64,000 nt of DNA from Hydrolagus affinis (Eukaryota). Shown one piece after another: positions 50,401-63,072 of the stretch (position 1 is the first letter of the stretch; every line of letters begins with the position of its first letter). The stretch spans positions 1 through 64,000 of the forward strand of contig JAAILG010000232.1 in the NCBI GenBank assembly GCA_012026655.1, in the 5' to 3' direction. The notes under the pieces are model-generated. The model was not told the DNA's origin. It saw only the letters and a list, made by a program, of their open reading frames with translations, and did no database searches. Position numbers and translations under genes: made by a program.

Positions 50401-53171
50401 CCACATTTACCTGCCATATCTTTCTATTACTATGATGACAAAGGTGAGACAGGGAGTCATCCTGAGAAGACAAGGTCCTCAAAGTCCTTCGCCGTAACAT
50501 TTATAGCTGATTAAACTCCAGCACTAACCCACGTCTTGGCTCTTAGGAGCCTGTGCCTAATAGGTAGCATTCTTTCTGGAAGCGGCATTACATTCCAGAA
50601 ATAAAATTCCATGCGTACGTAGAGTGTTTTATGTGGAATTCTGTCAGGTTTTGACAACCTTCTGCGTAGTGATGGGTTTCCACACATCAAGACATCTGGT
50701 TGACAACATTAGAGGAGTGGGGGAAACAGTAGTATGCTCTGTGCATGTCAAATTTTAAAACACTTTATAAAACTCACAAGTGCATCAGACACTCAGCTGA
50801 CCCAAAAATGTCACCAGCCATGTGGCAAGAAATTTTCCCCAGTCAGTTATCCTTCATTAATAAGTCAAAAATAAACACAATTCTTGGAAAACCCAGAAAG
50901 ACTGGTCCAAGTTTTTTTTAACCCGGTGAGAGTCTAATTATTTAACTTTGCAGCTATTGTAACCCACACACCCAAGATCAGGCTCAAAATTATCAGTCAG
51001 AGAATTAAAGGTGGTAACTTCTAACTGCATTCAGTGCATCAGTACATGATATTTGGAGTTTCCATAAAGGCCTACTGTTTATATTAAATGGTTCCGGGGA
51101 CATACTGCAACAATTGAGGCATTACAGTTAGTATCAGAACACTTAAGATAGGAAAATCAGCAAGCTCAAAGTACCTGAAGATACCAGCATTCATGGAACT
51201 GTATACCAGAGTAAGGAAAATAGAGTCAAACTAAGAAATGATGAAGGGGAAAATAGGAGGCATCTTCTTTGGTTCAACCTTGCTCTCTACAATGAAAGAT
51301 TCTGTGACATACATCATGCAATATCCATTTTAGTTCTATTTCAGTGATTATTTGAAACACTGCCACAAGAGGATGAGATTTATTCCTGTGCACCACCAAA
51401 GGCAATCCATCACATTATTTCCTGATGTAAGATCATACATCCTCCTTTTAGCTTCAAGCTATTTATAAGAAATGAACAGAAGGAAGACAGAGGAGATAAT
51501 TTGTTGGGTAATTAAATTGATGGTTATCCTAGTTAGACTTCCTCCAGTCCTTCTGACAAACATTTATGCAAGCTATTTAATTGAAGTAGAATTATTTCTT
51601 TAAGGATAATAATACTTGCATTTTGAACAAGGGCCTTATTTTGTCATGTCATTGTAAAGTGGTGTGAACGTGCGTTTTGGGTGAACACGGAGCCTATTTC
51701 TTCATGCAAATGTCCCACAAACATCATTGAACCCATGAAGTGAATGACCAATATTATTTGGGTGATTGTTGCAAAACTTTGCTCTCTTTTCAAAATGGTG
51801 CTATTGGATCTTTAACGTCCACCTGTATAGTCAGACAGGACCTCAATTTAACACCCCAGTGGAAGAAAAGTTACTCAAACATTGCAGCCTCCCCCAGCAT
51901 AGACTATATGAGTTTCTCTGACTGGAGGTGAGATTACTGAGCCAGACTGACTATGCAGTATAAATGTAGAAAGAACTATAATTGATGCCTATTTGCAACA
52001 AAAAAAGCTTACATGTGTAAGCAAACTACCTGGTCAACTATGGTAACATTCCCAATAAAACTGAAGCGGAATTAAAGTCCAGAAAATTGCTGTTAGAAAT
52101 AAAGGTAAGAATCCATGCTTACACTGCCTGAGTACCCACATTTTTCTGCAAAAGGCTACTTCAAAGGCAATACAATTAAGGATTGTATATCTTAGTGAAA
52201 GTTAAATACATGTGAACTTGCAGAACTAACTGAAGATGTTGATGAAAACCCACTCCCTCTTTTCCTTGAGGAGCTTTTGAATATAGTTTGTACTGAGTCC
52301 GCTTTTTTCTTTTGTTTTCATTTCAACAAAGCAAAGTGTTGTAGTAGCTGGGGGTTAATAACATTAGAATTAACGTTAGATGCCTCTCTGTGAACCAAAA
52401 GTGAAAATTGTTGTGAATTCAAGTATTTTACTCAAAACACATTCCAGCAAATGTCTGTATTAAACAAGTTTGGAGTGGAGCTAGAAAATATAGTTTTGGA
52501 AATTGGTTCATCTACGAATTTATAAGCAGACTATAAAAAGATTAAAACAGATTGGAAAACCACTGAACATTTGGACCCCTCCGATCCTTTTTGAACTGTG
52601 AGAAATTATTCTTCAATCTGACCAATTGAGGTTATATAGTTGGTACCCAGTAGAAAGATTTGGACTACAGATAACAATAACAACAATTTGCATTTATATA
52701 CCGACTTTCACGTCAAGATGATGTCCCATCATTCACTACTTACAGATCAGAAGTCATTGAATTTTGTGGCAGATTTGACCATGTCCTTGCATTGCCTACA
52801 CAAAAGTCAATTTACTACAAAGCTCATGCTTTGAAAATGTGACATAAGCACTAATAAAAATAACTTTTTCCCATCAATTACAGATCATACCCATTTGAAT
52901 AAATATTTTCCCACTAATTTTGTCAAACAATATATTTTATGGAATTTTCTCCCAAGAGTCATATTTTACCATTCTTAATTTCAAGGAAAAATATTTCCTT
53001 CATCCATTCAATATTTAAAGTTAATGGATCAATCTGTGGACACTCAGGTCATTCAAATTCAAGTAACCTTTCTATAGAACCCACAAAATAAAATGAAATA
53101 AGGGCATTAATTATTAATATTTTTAAAATCAGAACCAAACTTTAGTAATGCAAATTGCATAGTAAACTGAC

Positions 53172-53246
53172 CTTGGTTTTCTCGTCCACCACTCGTAGCC
53201 CATCTGCTGATACCCACAGGACAGCCTTAACTGCTTTCTTTCCGCT
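53172..53246 (-). CDS. NUMB: Numb PTB exon (SGKKAVKAVLWVSADGLRVVDEKTK)
   Basis: Hand translation; 75 nt, phase 0-0, gtcagt donor. Confidence 0.95.
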
Positions 53247-54727
53247 CTTTAATGGTGGAAAAAAAATAATAGTTTAGTTGACGTGTTTACTGAAATCAGT
53301 AGGTGAGCTGCAAAGACAAAGCAAGAATAGCAGCATAGTATAGGTTAGATCCCACTGCCAGACACAGCCCAACACAAAAATAGAATAGAGCAGTTGAACA
53401 CCAAAGCTTCAGGAGTCCGAAGCGAGAAGAAAAAACACACCATTAGAACACATAACGTGCTGAACTCTCTACCTATTGTTAAACCAGCATAAATAAATAT
53501 GCTAGGTGCTTGGTACAGTGATTAAGGAGTTACACCATTAGTATGGCAAGCAGTTTTTCTGCTACTCAGGAAACACCAGCAAACGGGATTTCAATTCCAC
53601 CAAGTTTCTTTCAAGTTTCAGTACTATATGTAATGTTTGGCTTTATTACATTTGATTTCATAAATGAATTACTCACCATTAAGTCTCTGAAAGAAGTCCT
53701 ATACAAACACTTGTGCATCTGTGGTCTTCCCTGCATGCAATGGGTTGGGAAATTCAATTCTGTTCATTTCTCCTCCATGCAAACTTCCCAACATTGCGCT
53801 TTGCAACCTCCCTTCTTTCTCTCTCACACCTGCCCATGTTTTTTTTTGTGTGTTGATTATTTTCTCCTATTGCTGAGGAAATGCTCAGACAGGCTAGAGA
53901 GAAGAGAACACATCTTGTACGTGCAAGTGGTCTAATGTCAAGAGACTGACAATTATTACAGAGAGTAATATTTTCTTGAAATTCGGTGACTATCAAAATA
54001 GTGATAAGGGAGGAGGGGGGAGAATAAGCTGCCAACACTGCAGCTAGTTAAAGAAGATACGGCCCGACTTCCAAACTATTTAGTTCTCATACTTGTTAGC
54101 ATGCGGCTTTGTTAAAATTAGCCAGGCGAATAAATTCTTCTTTAAAATTAGATGAATCAGATAGTATATGAATCTTCAGTCTTCAGGAGAACAAAGCTAG
54201 TGCCATCATAGAAAATTTACCATTGCCAAGTACACAATTGACTTAGAAATGGTGCTCCATTTTCCACTGATCAGCAGTAAAGGTACAGTACTTAGAACTT
54301 TGAACACTTGGCCACAAGTAGCTATTGAGGCTCAGATCACAGCATTTAAAAGTGAAATGCATAAATATTTGGAAAGAAATCCAAAAGGTTATGGTCAGAG
54401 AGAGCAAGGAATTGAGATTAATTAGCTTCATTTGAGATGGTCAATTGGCCTTCTGTGCCTTCACTTCTAAGATTCTATGAATATATTTTGTTCTATACAA
54501 TTCAAAAATGTTATAGTTCAACCCATAGCATATTTGCTGATCTAAACTACAAAAATGATGGAGGGCACTACCACTGCTTAATCACTGGGATCTGGGGTTG
54601 TGTAAAATGAAAGAATAGACTTGGCTTTGCCCTTATTTTCCCCAGGTGAATTACCCCCAAGATATTCAAATGATGTTCACTTTCATTATAAACAAAGCTA
54701 GATTTTAACCTATTGTTAAATGCAGAA

Positions 54728-54838
54728 TATAATAATAATACTTGCATTTGATATAGTACTTTACACATTTTCTAGACATCTCAAAGAGCTTCACAGAATA
54801 TACTGTAAAGTGAATTTACTGTATATATGTGGGCAAAA
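54728..54838 (-). mobile_element. SINE 3' fragment
   Basis: Reverse complement of the family tail. Similar minus-strand tails occur near 765, 5000, 12045, 12760 and 48050. Confidence 0.7.
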
Positions 54839-55796
54839 TATATGAAGACGATACCTCAGAAAGAGTGTAACAATGGATTAACATAGATGTCAACACTAAA
54901 GGCCAAACATTCAAATAATTTTTAAAGTTATGTTGCAGATTGTTTCTACAAACTAGTTTTCCTCACAAAGTTAAAATCAGAGAGCCCTAATTCCGTAACC
55001 TTATTTACAATAGCTTGTCAACCAATGAAATAAGACATCCAACTACTTTTCTGAATTCTCCCTGAAATGGATTCATGAGGCTAAATGATCTAACTCTGCA
55101 AATGGATCACCTCAATGACATTTTCCTACCTACCCATCTCCAATGCAGTTGTATAGATAAGCCTGTGAAATGGGAAAGAACTCAAGGAAGAAAATCTGAG
55201 TCAAGAGAATGCAACTGCAGAGATTGATCTGAACTGATCTAGGAATGCAAATAATGAGGTTTTCTCCAGTGACTTGAACACGACTACGATCTGAAATGTT
55301 TCTACCGACCAGGATCTGAAAGAATGAAGAGTCTCTGTCTGGATTTTATTTTTAAGAACAGTTGTCTCTCTTTCCCACCAACTGACAATTTCCTCTTCCT
55401 GGATAAAGTTGAGTTTTGAAAGCTGACACCAGACCTTAAACTATCCCAAAGAGCAACTGTGGTGGGGGGGAAGAAAGAAACCTTCACACAGAATTTATTC
55501 TTCAGGCACAGCATTTCTTCATTCTCCGTTTTCTTTTTCCTACTCCGATATTAATACATGCACACTTCAACCAAGCAGCATGGGCAAATACAATACAAAT
55601 TCAGATTCACTTCAAAAGATGCAATGTGGTGTAACAGTAGCAAACAACTTGAAACTAGCAGAAAATAACCATTCAGATTGGTGTTAGTTTACACTGACCA
55701 ATTATGTGCTTTTAGCCACAGTGTACAGTAATTTTAAAGTAGATAATGGTGTAACCCCTTAAACGTATCAGCGGAATTCTCAGTATTAAAACTTAC

Positions 55797-55829
55797 TTTT
55801 CCAAACAGGGCTTTGAAGAACTTCCTTTC
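55797..55829 (-). CDS. NUMB: Numb PTB-insert microexon (33 nt, ERKFFKALFGK)
   Basis: ccag acceptor and gtaagt donor. Matches the mammalian 11-aa insert ERKFFKGFFGK. Confidence 0.94.
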
Positions 55830-58011
55830 CTGGAGTGACAGGGGGAACAAGTCAGGAGACTATTACTGAAGGATGCTACAAGTATTACAATAGTTTCAGA
55901 CCAAAGCAAGTAGGAACCGTCAAGAAGGATTCTCCAAAAAGAATGGAGACAGGCAATTCGTGACCACCCATAATAATGCAATGCATTAAATGGATTTATA
56001 GAAGCTACAGCCATCGGAACAGTTGAAAAATGGACAGAGTGTCCAGGCCTGCTACATGCAGAGGTGCTAGTTACATTTCCAGTTTAGTTTTGAAGAGCAC
56101 TTCAGTTCAAGTTGGCAGCAGCAGTTTCAGCAATATTGTGATACTTTGGATCAGAGAGACAAAGATCATTTAGCATGTTTTCTCTATTTTGCTGCACGTT
56201 ATTGGGGGAGATTAACATAAGTGGAGTCAAACAAAATATGTCTTCAACAAAATGTACACATTTTTCCCAGCATTATTGTTGTAAATAGATCCACACTAAA
56301 TTAACAAAACAAGGTCATTTCAAAACAGGATATGCAAGACCTTGTCAGTACTTAGATTGTACATCATTTCTCATCATATCATGAAGTCAACACAATGATG
56401 ATTATGCATAATTACGAACAGTTATGTGAGTAAAACAAGACTGGATGCTGCTGCCAAGTCTTATGGTCCTAGATCAGTTATTAAACTACATTGTAAGTAA
56501 ATCATTTTCACTAAAGAAACTACACAAGATGAAATTTCAACACTACCTCATGCCTGAGTAAGAATGTTAATTGTTAATTCAGTTTATTATGTAGAGGAAA
56601 CGTGGTCCAGTGACATTAGTATAAATGTCAAGCATGCAATATTACAACAAGCTATGATTAGAAAAAGTATTATTGAAAAGAAAGGAAACAATTTAATGTA
56701 TCATATACCTGGTAAAACAAAAACAAACATTAAATGACATCAAAACTCGAAATAAAGTATCACCATATAAATGAACCAAAGATATACTAAAGCACATTAC
56801 AATTGCAACAATCACAATATTAGTTTGGATGAAGAAGGCCCTTTGGTCCACCCAATCTGATCCCTCCAGAACATTTACTCTATCATCTTCCCATCACAGG
56901 ATCAATCTGCGTTTTAAATGCATCCAGTGGCCTGTACTACCCCATTTCCAGGGAAAAGTAGTCAAGTAAAATATCAGAATTGAAACCATTTCAATAAATG
57001 ATGACTAGGCAGAAGAATATGGACACAGAAAACTCGAAACTGAGTTTGGAATTGTTCAAGTCAGTTCGAGGGCATTGCGGAATTGAAATATGTTCCAGCA
57101 AACTAACCATGAAAATAAACCAGCACGGTGGTTTTAATATTAGGAAGTGAAAACTCAAGGCCAACTTTACTTCATGGACCACTATTTGAACAACAACAAC
57201 AACAACAACAAAATTTCACTTATATAGCCCCTTTCACGTCGGGAGGACATCCCAAAGTGCTGAACAGTCAGGTCGGGACCCGAGAGGGGGGGGGGGGGGT
57301 GGAGGGGACTGAGAGTGGGAGAGGGGGAAGAGTTAGTTGGGCAGCCGAAGAGGAATCCGGTTGAAAAGGTAAAGGAAATCCCTCCCATTGTCCTGGTCAA
57401 TGAGGCCAAAGGCCTAAACTATCCAGTTCAGCTTGATAGCAGTAAACTGTCAATCCTGGTATCATTTTGGTAAACTTATGCTGTACTCTAACCATCCCTG
57501 CTATATCCTTTCTGTAGTGTGGTAACCAGGATTCAGGAATAACCTAAAAAACATAATGTTTTAAAACCAAACTCTCTCTAATCCACTCTCCATTCGTGCA
57601 GTTAAATGTTTCCCCAGGACTTGCCTCACAGCAGATCCATGATCTAATCTGAAGCTATTGTGAAAGCTGCCTATTCCTGAAATAAGTCACAAAATACATC
57701 TGATACCATTGCACGTCATTAAAGAGTATCCATACCCAAATTCTTCAGGAACTACAACAGAACTACAAAATAATTCATGAGATTAACTGAAAATGCTCCA
57801 AGGTATAAAAACCTGAGAAGCATGACCTTCACAATCCATTTGTGTTGTTTTTTTTGTTCCTACAACTGTTTAATCATGACCAACTATATGCCACCAATTC
57901 TGCATGTGCTTAACTATAACTTCAAAAATAAAACATGCTCTGTCAGGATCAATTCAATTAGAACAGCCATGTTTGTAACCTCGGTTAACAGCCAAGTGCA
58001 ACTCTTTATGA

Positions 58012-58432
58012 ACAATAATCCCTGCATTTGCTATAAGCACCTTTCACATTTGGGGGAGCAGGGGGGATGGGGCTCATGTGATTTACACTCAAGTAAATCC
58101 TTCACAAGCGCTAATGATCGTGCATTTTGTAAGTAAACACAGCAGCTGATTTGTGCACAGAAGTGTCTCACAATGAGCTATGAAATGAATGACTGATTTA
58201 TCTGAGATATTGTTGACCAGTACAGCAGGAGAAATTCCATTCTTTTCATATAATATCATGGGAACTTTCACGTCCACTTAAAAAGGCGATGGTTTAACAA
58301 CTCATTCAAAGACAGGAACCTTCGACAATGCAATACTCCCCAGTCAATATGTTCAAGTGTCAGCCTAAACAGAGTTCAAAAGTCTTCATGTTTTGGTTCT
58401 TGAACTGACAACCATCCGATTCAGAGACAAGA
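58012..58432 (-). mobile_element. Deu-type SINE, diverged
   Basis: Reverse complement of tail, Deu-like body and tRNA head. Related minus-strand pieces lie at 12760-13010, 20900-21080, 23960-24135 and 51610-51950. Confidence 0.6.
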
Positions 58433-61400
58433 GCTTGCTTCTTTGCAGAACAAAAACAGATTTCCTGTGCAATTAATGAGTTCTAGTCACGTAAACGAGA
58501 AAAGCAACTACTTTAGGAGTATTGAGTGCCATGATTGTACAAATACTGCAAACTGATTAATCTTTGCCTTCAACAAAATACAGTTTAAACAGTTTTTTGC
58601 AAGGAGAAAATAGTATTATTTCATATGCTCTTGCATACATTATAATTATTTTATCCAAGGCATTAATACATCAAAGTATTTCAAGACATGCAACAGCTTG
58701 CTTTGAAATGCACTCACATATGTCAAAAAGGCAGCTAATCTGTGCCAGCAATGTCCCACAAACAAGAGCAGTTGGAATATTTCTGGTCAAATTTGGATGG
58801 GAATATACTTGCCAGGAACAGCACTAAAAAGTGATTCACTATATTGGAAATTTTACGTGAAATCTAATATATTTTTAAAAAAACGACCTTTAATGACCCA
58901 ATAAGTGTAAGCCTTAGCAGTTACACAAAAGGGCAAGAGTCATGCCTGTTCTGTAGATAAAAGTAAGGTTTTGAAATAAATAAATGTAATCTGGCATTTT
59001 GGTAACATGACCATGCTAAAAGTTTAGAAATATGCATTTGGATCATAATCAAATGGACATTCAATAGGCTGTATATCAAACAGACATGTCTCTGCGCAAA
59101 GAAAAATTACACCGGCAAAGTATCTTTTTAATCATCTGTCCAACACTCATGTTGTTTGCAATCCAAGGGACTGCTGACAATCCTAACACATCCAATGGGA
59201 TTTTAGATCAGTCAGCAGGAAAGATGATTGCAGCATTTCCACTTCTCCTTAATAAATCCATCAATATTCAGGGCAGGTTACACCACTTGAAGCTAACACC
59301 CAACTGAGGTACTGAATACATCCACTCTTAATTTCCTATCTCCATGTAGCCCCAGATTTTGTTTTCTCAATTCAACAAGGCACAGTCAGATATTTCTGCA
59401 TATGCAGGCCTTGAATGGTAGGAGCTTTGGAATTAGCTACAAAACAAAATTTAAGTAGCTTGCGATGATCAATGCTCACACATTAAAGACTGCCACTTGA
59501 CACGTTTCTGCAGAACTGCCAATATATCCTGGAAAGGAAGAAGAGAGAAAGCAAGCTGGATGAAAGAGGGCAAGAGCAAGCAGGAGCCAAGCGGGCAATT
59601 AAATTGAAAGAGAAAAGCGAGGAGAAAGAACGCAGAAAAAAAAGGGAGAAGAAATGGGAAAAAGGAAATCACTGATATTTAAGGCCGTGAGAAAGTCATT
59701 TTTTTTGGGACGAAAGGTTACAGCCCAAATGTGTTACATTTGTGATTGGTTTCAGTTTTTTTTACTTTAAGCCGCAATTTTCCTACAGCTTTACTGACAT
59801 TCATATTCAGACATATTGTTTTAAATTATACCTGCTAAATCTCATTGGTTTGAGAATCTGTGTCAAGATAAGACCATAAAGAGTCTGATAAAAACCACAA
59901 TCAAACCACACCACCAGAAAAAAAATACAATGGCAATGGCTAGAGTCAGTAATCAAACACTCTCACTATATAAAAACACACAGAAAACTGAGGTTTAACA
60001 AAGCAGTGTTTCTCAGCATTAGCTGTGTAGCCTGTGCAGATTTCAGCTATCTAAAGAATCTAAGTATTGTACAAGCCTTTCAATAATCCATATCACTGCA
60101 GAGAACAGTTTAAAATATTTGAGATTATTAAAAATCAACTCTGAAATAGAACTTCTCATTTGAGACAAAGGTCTCCACAATCACAATCTGAAAGGTCTCC
60201 ACAATCACCTGCTAGAACAGATATCGCAATGAACTGACTACAAATGCTACTACAACTTATATAACAGAGTATAATTTTCAACTGACACCAACCATAACCA
60301 GAAGATATCTAAAATAACAGGAGCATAATTACTAACACAAAGCTAGTCAAAAACTTGGGTGGTGGATGTAAGTAAGGACGGGTTACTAATACTGCAGCCA
60401 AGAGACTGATGCAGACTTAAAAATTCTGTTTTGTATGTTATTCTATTAACGCTAAATAAATTTGGTTGAAGCTGTTCTTCAGACTATGGGTGCTCTTGGA
60501 GGATTTTAAAAAAATAGTAAATGCAAAGAAGAAATAAAAACAAGTGGGATCAGAGGCAGATCAACTTCAACATAAAATTATAGGTCAAATCTCAGATGTT
60601 TGGAATCATTCTCAATCACAGGACACTCAAATCACCATTAAGAATATTAATAACCAACTGAAAACAATTTTATTTTCAAATTAAAGTTTGTAAAACAATC
60701 TGCCTGCTTCAAATTGACTTGATATTTACAAAAAATACTTTGCAATTGGATCACAGAGCACTGCAAGCTCTTATTTTATTTCAGGAATGCTCTTTACATC
60801 AGCTTATCAAGTTACATCAACCTCTTTGTATACAGGTTTTCAGTTTCCTTGTTGAATTTTCATGCTGTATGCTGGATTTAAATATAAACCCAACCAACCA
60901 ACCTTAAAGACTCGTAGAAATTAGCTGATAGAATCTCATCCATTTATTTGCATCCTGTTATAACAGGAAAACATTTAGTGCCATACGATTGTGGCTTGCT
61001 TAATGAAGCATTTGATGTAGTAACTCTATAATCTCCTAGAGAGCAACAAGTAGCTTGTCTTCATTTATGCTCAGTTGCCTATTTTATATTGGGATTTGCA
61101 GAAGCTTCCAGCTGATAAAGCATCTTTGCTTCACAGTAGAATCTACATTTGCGCCCTAAAAAAGCAAATAAATATTTGATTTGCCATATGTCGTGTATGT
61201 CTCTGTATTTTAATAAGAATTTCTCTACTCCTCTGCACCCTTCGCCACCTATAATTTTCTTAACCAGGTTTAGTTAACTTCATTTGATAAATCGGAATCG
61301 AGTTAGTAGCCTACAGAACAAAAATGTTGATTTTATTGCAGAAATTCTAAACATTTATATCACATCCACTTGCTTTTTGTTTATCAGGTTTAAGTTAGCT

Positions 61401-62674
61401 AACTCACCCCTAACTATGTTGATTTTGGCAACGCTCTTGTAGCTTAATTCATTGAAGAAATATCACCTTCGCTGTTACCCTGAAACTGTGCTCAGAGTGA
61501 AAAGGAAATAAATGATTGACACTTGAGAAATTTGATATAGGGATATTATATAGCATCTTCATAGAACGAGATTTTTTGCTTCAAAAAAGCCTCTTTAGGT
61601 ACCCAATGTCGGTGGTGACACTATAACCTGCAGGGTCCCATTTTTAGCGTGAGAATCCAGCGCAGTGCTCAGCATACTATGCTTCTGCCATACAATTTGT
61701 GAAAAAATTAGCCAGAATCGGACATCTGACTTGGCATATTGAGGCAGACATCAGTTCCTTCGCACATGCAGAAGACTCAGAGAAATCATAGCTGATGTCA
61801 AAAATGCAATTTGTTGTTGATGTAATTTCCTGCACATGTACAATCAACTGGGATCATTTCTTGTGTTTCTTGTCTAAGTCATCTTGTGTTGTACTGAGAG
61901 AACATGCAAGTAAACGTCTATTAACCTCACTTGAAGTTGAGGCTAAAGAAATATAAGAGAAGAAGGGCAGTGTGTCTTCCAATCTGTCAACTCTTCTGCC
62001 AACTTTTCTTGCTGAGTAATTATAATCAAAAAAAACAAAAAGGTGAATGCTTAACTGAAGATTGGAAGCGCTGGTTGAACATGGTGATCTTCTATTTTGT
62101 GGCTTTCCACAATGATGAACACACACTACTTCAGACAGTCATATTCACGTTGAACATCAAGTAGACAATAAGGGTTAAGATGCCATAATTCATGGACTCT
62201 AGAAATGCCACATGTGACTATTTTAAATTTCTTCCGCGGCATTGTAAGAGTACCTATTCACTTGACATAAAAGTTGACTAATTTGCTAGGATGCCCGATG
62301 GGCAGGTATGAAGCTGCTGTGATTGAGAAATTGTGACAGCTTCTGAGGTCACCACGGGTTCCATAGAAGTCAACAACAAATTACATCTGTTTCGTGCCTT
62401 TCATATCAAGAGGACATCCCAAAGTGGTGGACAGTCAGGGATAGGCACCTTTGGAAAACATCAATGCCTGGGGGACTAGTGATATTCCAACTCTCAACCT
62501 CATTTGACTTGGACATCTGCAAGTATTGTGTTCACCCGCCTTGACTTCAGAAATTGATTTTTTAACTGCCCCTGTCAACGGATGTTTCATCTGAGTGAAA
62601 AACTGCAGGCATGGTACCTCACCTAAACAGATTGGAAGTTAGCCCCCGACAGTGAAAGGCAAGCATCCTCAATT

Positions 62675-63072
62675 TCAAGGCCATTCACAGCCTTGCCCCC
62701 TCCTATCTCTCTGACTTGCTATCCCTGCATGTCCCCTCTGTTCAGCAGGCTCCGGTCTACTCAATGTCCCCCACCCGACCCGCCCTACCATCGGCAGACA
62801 GGCTTTCAGCGTCTCTGCCCCCATACTCTGGAATTCCATCCCACAGTCCCTTTGCCTCACTTCCTCCCTTGCCTCCTTCAAGGCCGTTCTCAAAACCCTC
62901 CTCTTTGATTGTGCCTTCTGCTGTCCTCCCAACTCTCTCCCTCCCTCCTAACTCTCTCCCACCCCCCACCACCTACCCACTCCTTTGCTTGGGTCCACAC
63001 CTGACTGTTCAGCGCCTTGGGACGTCCTCCCGGCATGAAAGGCTCTCTATAAATGTAATTTTGTTGTTGTTT
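62675..63072 (+). mobile_element. L2-clade LINE 3' end
   Basis: GGC.G.CAGGCTTTCAGC...CTCTGGAATTCC.TCCC...TTCAA....TCAAAACCCTCCTCTTT and tail AGCGCCTTGGGACGTCC...CTATAAATGTAA(TTG)n. Confidence 0.75.

Larger units (their letters stand above)
42942..55829 (-). other. NUMB: Numb gene, 3' part (5' exons outside the window)
   Basis: PTB C-half, NumbF region, DPF/NPF motifs and the FEIEL terminus. Both NUMB-type inserts are present, there is no polyQ tract, and the gene is adjacent to PAPLN. Confidence 0.96.

Noticed and set aside
42942-55829. Calling the gene NUMBL
   Set aside because: The PTB and PRR inserts, the absence of polyQ and the PAPLN adjacency all indicate NUMB.
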